From an uncultured Verrucomicrobiaceae bacterium (lineage in GTDB: Bacteria > Verrucomicrobiota > Verrucomicrobiia > Verrucomicrobiales > Verrucomicrobiaceae), in NCBI GenBank assembly GCA_964573315.1, contig CAZNKC010000146.1:1-13946 (forward strand): 13,946 nucleotides of DNA, read 5' to 3'. A model generated the notes under the pieces. That model saw only the letters and a list, made by a program, of their open reading frames with translations. It ran no database searches and had not been told where the DNA came from. Both the position numbers and the translations under genes were made by a program. Below are positions 7,701 through 13,946 of this stretch, one piece after another. How positions within the stretch are numbered: the first letter of the stretch is position 1; each line of letters opens with the position of its first letter.

Positions 7701-9817
7701 GTGTCGCACAGCTCGATCTGGCTCACCACCGCCTGCTTGAGCAGATTCAACTGCGCGTGAAACTCCGCCGCGCCCTCGCTCTTCGCCATTTCGTCACGCC
7801 GCGCTTTCACCAGCGACCGCGCCTGGTTCAAGCGCGCGAATAAAGCCGAGATGTTTTCCGTGATGCGCGTCGTCTCCGTGGCGTCTCGAATCGTCAAGGA
7901 ACTCACCACGCTGATGAGCAATTCCAAATCCGTGCTGGTCTCCCGCAACGCCGTGTCCAGTTCGTCCGCCTCGGTGACCTTCGCCACCGCCGCCAGCCGC
8001 CCTTGCTGCTCCGCGATCTGCTTTTCATACGGCGCCAGCGACTCCGCTTGCAGCAGGAACTCCGTGCAACGCCCGCCCAGCGCGTCCGTTGCCTCAGCCA
8101 CTTCCGCGTCCAGCGCCGTCAGCGCCGCCTCATCCACATAGCGCGTCTCCCGCGCCGCGATGATCTTCCCGCGCAACTCGCGCAGCACCGCCAGCCCTTT
8201 GACAAATCCCTGAATTTCCCCATGCCGCGCCGAATCCGCCTCCCGCACCGCGCGCCGCGTCTCCTCCGTCAAGCCCGCCACCTGCTCCGCCGCCGCCGCG
8301 CGCAGCCGCCGCACCTTTTCAAACTCCCCGAGCGCCGACTCCGCCGCGCCCTTGATCAAAAGCAGCGTCTCGCGCAGCCCGCGCGCCTCCGCCTTGTCCA
8401 GCCAGAAATAACTGTCCGTGATGTCCCCGGTGATCCGCGCCAGCTCCACGTACAGCCCCGAGTAACTGTCATCCTTGCCCAACAGCGTCAGCACCCCGCG
8501 GCACTCCGCCATGCAGCGCACGATCTCCGCGTTGCCGATCTTCCCCAGCAGGCTGTCCGCGTGCTCCCCCGCCGCCTGCTGATCCGCCACGAACGGCGTC
8601 TGCCAGGCCTGCACCGCGTGATGCTTGCGCGGCTCGTTCTCGCCGTTGAGCACCACCAGCTCGCCGTTTTGAAACAAGGCAAACCCGTGGCTGATGATCG
8701 GCGTCGCCAGCTTTTGCTCCACCAGATTGTAGGACAGCAGCAGATAGGTGCCGCTTTCCAAATGATCGAACGCATAGAGCGTGTCCTCGCCGTTCGCCGA
8801 GGTGATCTTGCGCTCGAACCGCAGCGGCGGCAGGCCGGTGTCAAACGTCCGCACCTCGCCGGTTTGCAGCACATAACCACGCGGAAACAAAATGCCGTGC
8901 CCGTCCGGCAGCAACACGCAACTCTCCGCGATGCCATCCAGCCGCGTCACCTCCTGCGTGCGCTGGTTGAAGACCAGATAACGCCACGTCTTCTCCTGAT
9001 ACGGCAGGATTTTGAGCAGGATCAGATTGCCCAGGATCGCGTAATGATACTCCGCGTCGTCGAGAATTTGATCCCTGTTGTCCACCGGCTCCGAGTAAAT
9101 GCCCGCGCCCGTGCTGGTGTTGTCCTCCACCTTCACCGTCAGATCGCCGCCCACCGTCTCCACAAACACCCGGTCCTCGATCGACACATGCGGATGCGTG
9201 CCGTGGCGGTAAGCCTCGGGCCGCGCCCGCTTCCACTCGAACTCGTGCGACGGCGGATAGACGAACTCGTGATCGAAACGGTTGCCCAGGTACTCCAGCG
9301 TCCCCTTGTCCGTGTCCACCCGCCACTTGAACGCCTTCACCTCCGTCACGTCCCGTCCCACCTGGAACACCATGTAGAGCGAGTTCAGCGTGCGATGAAA
9401 CTTCAAAAAGCTCGCCGCCTTGTAGTAGCGGAACAGATAATCAAAATCCTCCGTAAACGCCTTGTCCTCCAGCAGCCCCTCCTTGTTCGGATGGAAACTG
9501 TGATCGGAGGGATCGTAATCATAGACCGCAAACAGATCCTCGGGATGAAGCTGCGACTTCAACCCCAGCACTACGTTGTAACCGAACACAAACCGCTTCG
9601 GCCCGATGCCCGACATGTCCCGCGGCACGCAGTTGTGCTCCGTCGTCAGCCGCGCCGTGGACAGCAGGCTCGTCTCGATGCCGCCAAAGATCGCCTTGCG
9701 ATCCTCGTTCAGCTTCTCCAGCCGCGCCCGCAACTCCGCCCCCTGCGCGTCCAGCCGCTTGCGAATCACTTCATAAGCGCCGGCTTCAAGTTTGGCTTCT
9801 GGGAGGATGTCGGACAT
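4703..9817 (-). CDS. Giant multidomain protein. The ORF track gives 4703..9832 (1709 aa) via a TTG start; the first ATG gives about 1704 aa. It has an N-terminal beta-rich domain of unknown family, a very long predicted alpha-helical/coiled-coil middle, and a dynein/MoxR-type AAA+ (AAA_5-like) ATPase module near the C-terminus.
   Basis: Uninterrupted 5.1-kb ORF. Walker A LISPPGYGKTTL is encoded by the reverse complement of + coordinates about 5957-5985. Walker B VMIYLDDIQ is at about 5775-5800. The sensor/second-region motif VVMAGNPYTE...LANRADTY resembles the dynein/midasin/MoxR pattern (ATMNP...RF). There are hundreds of residues of Ala/Glu/Arg/Leu-rich helix-type sequence. I cannot assign the protein to a named family. 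Confidence 0.95.
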   Translation of the reverse strand: MSDILPEAKLEAGAYEVIRKRLDAQGAELRARLEKLNEDRKAIFGGIETSLLSTARLTTEHNCVPRDMSGIGPKRFVFGYNVVLGLKSQLHPEDLFAVYDYDPSDHSFHPNKEGLLEDKAFTEDFDYLFRYYKAASFLKFHRTLNSLYMVFQVGRDVTEVKAFKWRVDTDKGTLEYLGNRFDHEFVYPPSHEFEWKRARPEAYRHGTHPHVSIEDRVFVETVGGDLTVKVEDNTSTGAGIYSEPVDNRDQILDDAEYHYAILGNLILLKILPYQEKTWRYLVFNQRTQEVTRLDGIAESCVLLPDGHGILFPRGYVLQTGEVRTFDTGLPPLRFERKITSANGEDTLYAFDHLESGTYLLLSYNLVEQKLATPIISHGFALFQNGELVVLNGENEPRKHHAVQAWQTPFVADQQAAGEHADSLLGKIGNAEIVRCMAECRGVLTLLGKDDSYSGLYVELARITGDITDSYFWLDKAEARGLRETLLLIKGAAESALGEFEKVRRLRAAAAEQVAGLTEETRRAVREADSARHGEIQGFVKGLAVLRELRGKIIAARETRYVDEAALTALDAEVAEATDALGGRCTEFLLQAESLAPYEKQIAEQQGRLAAVAKVTEADELDTALRETSTDLELLISVVSSLTIRDATETTRITENISALFARLNQARSLVKARRDEMAKSEGAAEFHAQLNLLKQAVVSQIELCDTPDKCDEAMTRMMVRIEELEGRFGDFEGFAEELIRRREETQAAFDARRQSLVEARNRRSQALAQAAERVLASVRNRLATLSTAEEAHSYLATDAMAVKARDLIEDLRALGDSVRADEIATRFKTLREEAVKQIRDKAELFVEGGDLIQLGQHRFTVNRQPLELTMLTREGGLWFHLTGTRFYEKVEDTELDALRDVWELESVAETREVYRAEYLAYRWVESLAAQGMEALRGFADADEAARLEAIQKFMAERFHEGYTKGVHDHDAALLAQPLAEMRVYLGLLRHAPLARGLALICWQAWEDGPEKQAVAARMRARGRLARLVDGGGVEVDAVLVGEIRRVVGIHCGNADESSALHAAACLSDELMQLDAKHPSLPFSRSHAAAELVRAFRKELTVKRAASDFEETLRSLEKQPWLAFEIALEWLLRLHPETESGTRAEAAALLVLHDDPPLNLPHEAPSRMEIKGFTGAHSRIEQGGMTLDYHEFMLRLSRHVTQVAPRYEAFIKRKHEVLVKRRAELRLEEFRAGLLSSFVRNRLIDQVYLPIIGANLAKQIGAVGADTRTDRMGLLMLISPPGYGKTTLMEYVANRLGITLVKINGPAIGHLVTSLDPAEAPNLSARQEIEKLNLSLEMGDNVMIYLDDIQHCNPEFLQKFIPLCDGQRRIEGVFRGVARTYDLRGRKVAVVMAGNPYTEVGGKFQVPDMLANRADTYNLGDILGGHEEAFKDSYIENCLTSNSALSRIAARSHKDALTALKIAVTGSQEDTEFEANHGADEMQEAIEVMERLLKVREVILRVNQEYIRSAATEDAYRTEPPFKLQGSYRNMNRIAEKVRPLMTMQEVDGLIEDHYRGESQTLSQAAEANLLKWREITNRLTAEDAGRWENIRKTFGRNLLTGGAGEDDPVARIGGHLSAFTVGLERIQETLEAARAQQAQPATLADVTVERLSAIIDGLRAVPVNVEIKVMPVEESSEARSPKSEKEELPVAVESKVEQPTLKRK

Positions 9818-9843
9818 GATTGGTAGCGGCAACGATTTTTTAG

Positions 9844-9869
9844 ACAGGATTCACAGGATGAACAGGATT
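9844..9869. promoter_or_regulatory. Three tandem direct repeats of ACAGGAT at 9844-9850, 9853-9859 and 9863-9869 (spacing 9 and 10 bp), immediately upstream of the giant gene start. On the coding strand they read AATCCTGT x3 at about -27 to -52 from the ATG.
   Basis: Counted directly in the 76-nt intergenic spacer between the membrane-protein gene stop (9909) and the giant-gene start (9817). Confidence 0.45.
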
Positions 9870-9908
9870 GGGGAGAGTGGCGGGAGTTGGAGTCAAGGCT
9901 TTAGCCGA

Positions 9909-11006
9909 TCATTTCACGGGTGGCGTCGCAGATTCAGAGTGAGGAATAGCCACCACCGGCTCCCGGCCGCGCGCGATCAACGCGATCTTTTTTTGCTGCG
10001 GCTGAAGAATGCAAATCTGGCTGCTCCCAAGTTGAAACACCACCGAGTCATTCTCCAAATGAGTGGCATTTCTGACCCGCCAAGCTGTAAAGGGAGTCTC
10101 GATAGAGAATCGAAAGCGAGATTCATCCAACAGATTCCTCCCTGAAATTCCCTCTACCGCCATAAATCCTGCCCGGTAAACCCAAGGAGTAGCTGGATTG
10201 AATCGAGGAGCTTCGCCAGTCAGTCCAGCTCCTGAACGAATCGGTCTTGCGCTATCCTGGGAGGTTGAATCGGCAACTAGGGATGCAAAATCTTCCACCA
10301 ATATCTTTTCCCTACTTCCGCCCGATGACCGTTCATCAAAGTAAACTCCAAGGTCAAAACGTCCGTCCTTGCGGGCAACAGGAAAGAGCCAACTGGCTTT
10401 CCGTTTGTCACCAATAGCCACGACAAGTTGTGCATCGCCGCCGTCAAGGCCGATGCGCAATACTTCATCGCCTTTCTTTGAGATAAAATAAATCTCATGC
10501 GGAGACTCCGGCGCGATCTCATGCGCATCGACCATTTGAAGCTCGGTTACAAGGCTCGCCGAACTCAGGAACACATACCCGGCGACCAAGACCAAATAAC
10601 TCGCCAGATGCACCAGCACCGTGGCTTTTAGGGCAGACGTCACCCGGTTTGCTCGACGTAATACGACCCGGAAAAACGGCAATTCAATCGCGAGTGTAAT
10701 GACGAATGCGCCAAACAGCATCACCACAAACCAGCTTCGGAGGTTTTCAATGGTCACAAAGCTGGGAGTCATCACAGGAAGCAATGTGAAACCAACCCAG
10801 GCCGAAACATAATTCGCAAGGATGATCAAAGGAGCGGCGGTTTTGATTTTCGCGCCAAAAAACCGCGATAGAAGCCATGCCTCAAACAAGCCAATGACGG
10901 CATTCCCCAAGACAAGATGCAGCATCTCCGCCCACACCAAAGTTGTCCCGACATTCGCGAGAAACACGGGAAAGGCCATTGGGGATGATTGGAAATCGAG
11001 AGGCAT
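9909..11006 (-). CDS. Polytopic membrane protein (365 aa). About five N-terminal TM helices plus a C-terminal soluble domain of roughly 200 aa, probably extracytoplasmic. Family not recognised. Visibly lower GC than its neighbours.
   Basis: ATG at 11006. Hydrophobic segments FPVFLANVGTTLVWAEMLHLVLGNAVIGLF, APLIILANYVSAWVGFTLLPV, WFVVMLFGAFVITLAIELPFF and VLVHLASYLVLVAGYVFL. It sits on the same strand as the giant gene, 76 nt upstream of it. Confidence 0.85.
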   Translation of the reverse strand: MPLDFQSSPMAFPVFLANVGTTLVWAEMLHLVLGNAVIGLFEAWLLSRFFGAKIKTAAPLIILANYVSAWVGFTLLPVMTPSFVTIENLRSWFVVMLFGAFVITLAIELPFFRVVLRRANRVTSALKATVLVHLASYLVLVAGYVFLSSASLVTELQMVDAHEIAPESPHEIYFISKKGDEVLRIGLDGGDAQLVVAIGDKRKASWLFPVARKDGRFDLGVYFDERSSGGSREKILVEDFASLVADSTSQDSARPIRSGAGLTGEAPRFNPATPWVYRAGFMAVEGISGRNLLDESRFRFSIETPFTAWRVRNATHLENDSVVFQLGSSQICILQPQQKKIALIARGREPVVAIPHSESATPPVK

Positions 11007-11062
11007 GGTTGGCGTTCAGGGTTGACTTCGTGTCTCGTTTTGCCTGGCTCAGCCAGTTGATG

Positions 11063-11093
11063 CTGTAGCGGCGTGTCCTGGACACACCGCTAC
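11063..11093. terminator. Strong hairpin (13 bp with one mismatch, 3-5 nt loop) between the flotillin gene stop (11106) and the membrane-protein gene start (11006). Possible terminator or attenuator for - strand transcription, although no U-run follows on the - strand.
   Basis: tgtagcggcgtgtc (11063-11076) pairs with gacacaccgctaca (11080-11093); checked base by base. Confidence 0.35.
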
Positions 11094-11105
11094 AAACCGA
11101 CAAGC

Positions 11106-13196
11106 TCACTTCTTCTTCCCACCCAGCACCGCCGCCGCGGGCTGATCCGCCAGATTGAACCGCGATGCCGCGCCGACCAGGCTTTGCAGCTTGTTCAGCG
11201 TCGCCGTGTCCGGCCCCAGGCCCATGAGCCGGCCCAGCAGCGCCGCGACGGTGACGTTTTTCACGTCCTCGCTCGACACGCCGAACTGATCCACCAAGCC
11301 GCGGAGCTGGCCTTTGAAGTATTCGGGGTCGCCGTTGAAGAAGGTTTCCTTCACGTCGGACAGCACCTGGCTGTTCGCCACCAAGCGGTCCACGGCGCGG
11401 CCGTTGCCGATGGCCTGCGTGATCTTGTCGAAGAACTGGCTCTCGCCGCCGACGATCTCGATCTTCGCGGACTTCATGGCCTCGCCCAGCACGCCGGCCT
11501 GGGCTTCGGCGATGTCCTTCTGGATGTGGATCTGCGCCAGTTCCACGGCCTTCTGCTTGTCCAGGTTGAGCTTGAACTCCTCGTGCTCGCGACCGGCTTC
11601 CTCCAGCAGCTTCATGGCCTCCGCCTTGTTGCGGATGCCATCGGCTTCGGAGGCCAGCTTGAGTTGCAGCACTTCGGCATCGACCTGCCCTTGCTTCTGT
11701 GAAGCCTCGGCTTTCGCCAGTTGCACCTTGGCCTCGCCCAAGCCTGGAGCGGCGGTGGTGGCGGAGGTGGCTTCGGCCATGAGTTTTTCCGCCTGGCTTT
11801 CGCGGGCGGCGGCTTCCTGCTTGGCCTCGGCCAGGGTCAGGATCTCCTGAGCGTGCAACTCGGCGGCTTCCTTGGCGGCTTCGGCGGCCTTGGTCTGGTT
11901 GAAGGCATCTTCTTCCGCCTTCAGCTTCGCGGATTCCTTGGCGGCCTCGGCTTCCTTGATCTTCTGAATGAGCTGCTCCTGCGCGGCTTTTTCCGCCAGG
12001 GTGACGGCGACCTGCTTCTCGCGGTCGGCGGTGGCGAAGGCCTCGGTGTCCTTGATCTTCTGCTGCTCGATGACCACGGTTTTTTCCAGCGCCACGCGCT
12101 CTTTGATGACCTCCTGGATGTTCTTCTTCTCGATTTCGACCGCCTTTTCCTTCTCGATGCCCTTGATGGCGGTGACGCGCTCGCGTTCGATCTGCTCCAG
12201 CATCCGGTCACGCTCCACACGCTCCAGTTCGATGCCGTCGGTGCGCTCCTTGTTGCGCATGGCGACGAGGATTTGGCGGTCCTTGTTCTCGGTGGCCACC
12301 GCGATGTCTTCCTCCGCCGCGATGCGGGCGCGTTCCGCCTTCATGCGCTCTTCCTCCTGCACTTTGACCGTCTCTGCCTGCTCGCGCGCTTGCACGCTTT
12401 CGACGTCGCGCTTCTGCTTCGCTTCGGTTTCGGAAAGCTGGCGCTCCAACTCCAGAATCGCCTCACGCGCCTGCACGTCCTGCTGCTTGATGACTTTTTC
12501 TTTGTCGCGCTGGATGTGGTTGGCCAGCTTCGCCTGGGTGGCGGTGAGTTCGGTGATTTTTTTGATGCCTTCGGCGTCCAGAATATTGTCGGGATCGAGG
12601 TTTTCGAGTTGAGTCTGCTCCAGGAAGTCGATGGCGCAATCGTCCAGGGTGAAGCCGTTCAGGTCGGTGCCGATGACCTTCAGGATTTCCTCTTTGAAGT
12701 GGTCGCGCTCATTGTAAAGTTGCACGAAGTCGAAGCGTTTGCCGACGGTTTTAAGAGCCTCGGAGAACTTGGCGTCGAAAAGAGTGCGCAGAGTGTCCAA
12801 AGCGGAAGCGCGGGCGCAGCCGATGGACTGGGCGACGCGTTTCACATCCTCTTCCACCTTGTTGATGCGGACGAAAAAGGCCACCTTGATGTCGGCGCGC
12901 AGGTTGTCCTTGCAGATCAGGCCCTCGTTGGCGCGGCGCTCGATCTCAATGCGTTTGACGGAGATGTCCATGTACTCCGCCTGATGCGCCACCGGGATCA
13001 CCAAAATACCATTGAATGAAACCTTGGTATTGCCGATGCCGTTGCGCACGATGGCCTGTCCCTGCTGCACCTTGCGGAAGAAGCGCGAGAATAAAACGAG
13101 AATGCCCGCGAAGATCGCAATGATGATGACGACCACAAAAACGCTGAGAGAGGAGAGCATATCGGGAAGCAAAGCGAGAGGGAATAGAGTGTGCAT
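11106..13196 (-). CDS. Flotillin-family SPFH/band-7 protein, YqiK-like (696 aa from ATG 13196; an alternative ATG at 13160 puts the TM helix right at the N-terminus). N-terminal membrane anchor, SPFH domain, long Glu/Ala/Lys-rich coiled coil.
   Basis: TM segment LSSLSVFVVVIIIAIFAGILVLF. The SPFH core VRNGIGNTKV...GILVIPVAHQAEYMDISVKRIEIERRANEGLICKDNLRADIKVAFFVRINKVEEDVKRVAQSIG resembles bacterial flotillins (YqiK/FloT). The EA-rich repeats (EAEAAKESAKLKAEEDA...) match the flotillin domain. Confidence 0.93.
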   Translation of the reverse strand: MHTLFPLALLPDMLSSLSVFVVVIIIAIFAGILVLFSRFFRKVQQGQAIVRNGIGNTKVSFNGILVIPVAHQAEYMDISVKRIEIERRANEGLICKDNLRADIKVAFFVRINKVEEDVKRVAQSIGCARASALDTLRTLFDAKFSEALKTVGKRFDFVQLYNERDHFKEEILKVIGTDLNGFTLDDCAIDFLEQTQLENLDPDNILDAEGIKKITELTATQAKLANHIQRDKEKVIKQQDVQAREAILELERQLSETEAKQKRDVESVQAREQAETVKVQEEERMKAERARIAAEEDIAVATENKDRQILVAMRNKERTDGIELERVERDRMLEQIERERVTAIKGIEKEKAVEIEKKNIQEVIKERVALEKTVVIEQQKIKDTEAFATADREKQVAVTLAEKAAQEQLIQKIKEAEAAKESAKLKAEEDAFNQTKAAEAAKEAAELHAQEILTLAEAKQEAAARESQAEKLMAEATSATTAAPGLGEAKVQLAKAEASQKQGQVDAEVLQLKLASEADGIRNKAEAMKLLEEAGREHEEFKLNLDKQKAVELAQIHIQKDIAEAQAGVLGEAMKSAKIEIVGGESQFFDKITQAIGNGRAVDRLVANSQVLSDVKETFFNGDPEYFKGQLRGLVDQFGVSSEDVKNVTVAALLGRLMGLGPDTATLNKLQSLVGAASRFNLADQPAAAVLGGKKK

Positions 13197-13232
13197 GGCG
13201 GGGTGGAGGGTGTTATGGTGTTGAGGAAAAAA

Positions 13233-13907
13233 TCAGTCGGTGTCAGATTCGGAAGCGGAAGCCGGCTCGATATAATACCAAACGCCGTCCGCCGAGGCGC
13301 TGACGACGCGCGCAGCTTCGCCTTTTTGCAGAGGCGGCGCGCCGGGCGCCACGCGGACATTGAGCAGCACCGGCGCTCCCTTGCCGGGGAGTTGCAACTG
13401 CCCGTGGCGCTCGTCCACCGTCGAAGTCGTCACCGTACCGGTCTGTCCGATGACGCTGACGGCCTCCGTGTCGGCATCCGCCATCGCGGCAAACAACCTG
13501 CCGACGGGCAGTGTCACGAGCTTGGTAATCACCAGCCCGATCGCCGACGCAGGGACGAACAACAGCACCGCGCGCCCCATGTCGCGGCTGCCCGGCTCGC
13601 CGTTGTACATGTAATTGAGGATCAGCGCGGCAGTCCAGGTGAAGAGCACCGCAAAACTCCCCCACACCGCAATGGGCACCTTGGCAAACCCCAGCAGCCT
13701 GCCCGCCGCCACCCACGCCCCGCCCAGGGCGGAAGGCCCGTGATGATGCGCGTCGGGTGCGTCCGGCAGGTCCGCACTGTCCAGGATGCTGCTGTCAAAA
13801 TCCGCCCCGCCCAGAACCACCAGCAGCCAATAAAACAGCACCAGCCCCAGCACCAGTGTGGCTGGGAGTTGATGCGCGCTGAAGGCTTCTCGGATGAACT
13901 CCATCAT
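13233..13907 (-). CDS. NfeD-like / YqiJ-like inner-membrane protein (224 aa), the usual partner encoded upstream of flotillin.
   Basis: N-terminal TM helices (LPATLVLGLVLFYWLLVVLGG; VPIAVWGSFAVLFTWTAALILNYMY; AVLLFVPASAIGLVITKLV). The C-terminal beta-rich segment VSVIGQTGTVTTSTVDERHGQLQLPGKGAPVLLNVRVAPGAPPLQKGEAARVVSASADGVWYYIEP is consistent with an NfeD OB-fold. It lies 36 nt upstream of the flotillin gene on the same strand, mirroring the E. coli yqiJ-yqiK and Bacillus nfeD-floT arrangements. Confidence 0.8.
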   Translation of the reverse strand: MMEFIREAFSAHQLPATLVLGLVLFYWLLVVLGGADFDSSILDSADLPDAPDAHHHGPSALGGAWVAAGRLLGFAKVPIAVWGSFAVLFTWTAALILNYMYNGEPGSRDMGRAVLLFVPASAIGLVITKLVTLPVGRLFAAMADADTEAVSVIGQTGTVTTSTVDERHGQLQLPGKGAPVLLNVRVAPGAPPLQKGEAARVVSASADGVWYYIEPASASESDTD

Positions 13908-13946
13908 GACCGTCGGGAGGAAATTTCAGGGCGACTTTAGACGCCC

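Noticed and set aside
4973-9826. Long + strand ORFs antisense to the giant gene (4973-5998 at 341 aa, 6083-7465 at 460 aa, 8003-9826 at 607 aa and many shorter)
   Set aside because: Their translations are extreme Arg/Leu/Gln/His-rich low-complexity strings, typical of the antisense frame of a high-GC gene. They tile the opposite strand of one uninterrupted 5.1-kb ORF that has clear catalytic motifs.
9844-9869. Considered whether the ACAGGAT repeats could be a mini CRISPR array or tandem-repeat satellite
   Set aside because: Only three 7-bp cores with 2-3 bp spacers, with no spacer-length units and no cas genes, so this is not CRISPR. Kept instead as a putative regulatory direct-repeat site.
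9792-10528. ORFs 9792-10145 (+) and 10277-10528 (-) inside or antisense to the membrane-protein gene
   Set aside because: They overlap a 365-aa ORF with convincing TM-helix periodicity; the short ORFs lack coding character.
11721-13019. 432-aa + strand ORF opposite the flotillin gene (begins MHLGLAQAWSGGGGGGGFG...), plus 11073-11702, 11314-11850 and 11968-12612
   Set aside because: Gly/Leu/Phe-rich nonsense that is the complement of the Glu/Ala/Lys-rich flotillin coiled coil, whereas the flotillin frame has a clear SPFH domain.

Overview
GC-rich bacterial window with a highly GC-biased third codon position, roughly Verrucomicrobia- or Planctomycetes-like in style. It has the layout of an accessory or defence-island region. 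The content falls into three blocks.

Block 1, + strand, 402-4688. A vapBC-type toxin-antitoxin pair (antitoxin plus PIN-domain toxin) is followed directly by a tightly packed four-gene unit. That unit holds two divergent tandem paralogs of an unrecognised family with an N-terminal SYYxWxWADND motif, a coiled-coil protein with an internal J-domain (duplicated HPD), and a standalone HIRAN-domain protein. I do not recognise this combination as a described system. After it come one or two small ORFs whose overlap sits on a C6 homopolymer.

Block 2, - strand, 4703-11006. A giant ORF (1709 aa in the ORF track, about 1704 aa from the first ATG) has an N-terminal beta-rich domain, a very long alpha-helical mid-region and a dynein/MoxR-type (AAA_5-like) ATPase module near the C-terminus. 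Immediately upstream of it lies a visibly lower-GC gene for a polytopic membrane protein of unknown family.

Block 3, - strand, 11106-13907. A conserved NfeD/YqiJ-like plus flotillin (SPFH/band-7, YqiK-like) gene pair.

Non-coding features. The 5' 400 nt carry a candidate intrinsic terminator and an unusual ~150-nt nested inverted-repeat element. Three tandem 9-10 bp direct repeats sit just upstream of the giant gene. A strong hairpin separates the flotillin gene from the membrane-protein gene.

Limits. No rRNA, tRNA, CRISPR array or recognisable transposase was found. Several ORF-track starts are TTG, so I re-placed those starts at in-frame ATGs. Long antisense ORFs opposite the GC-rich genes are treated as artefacts.
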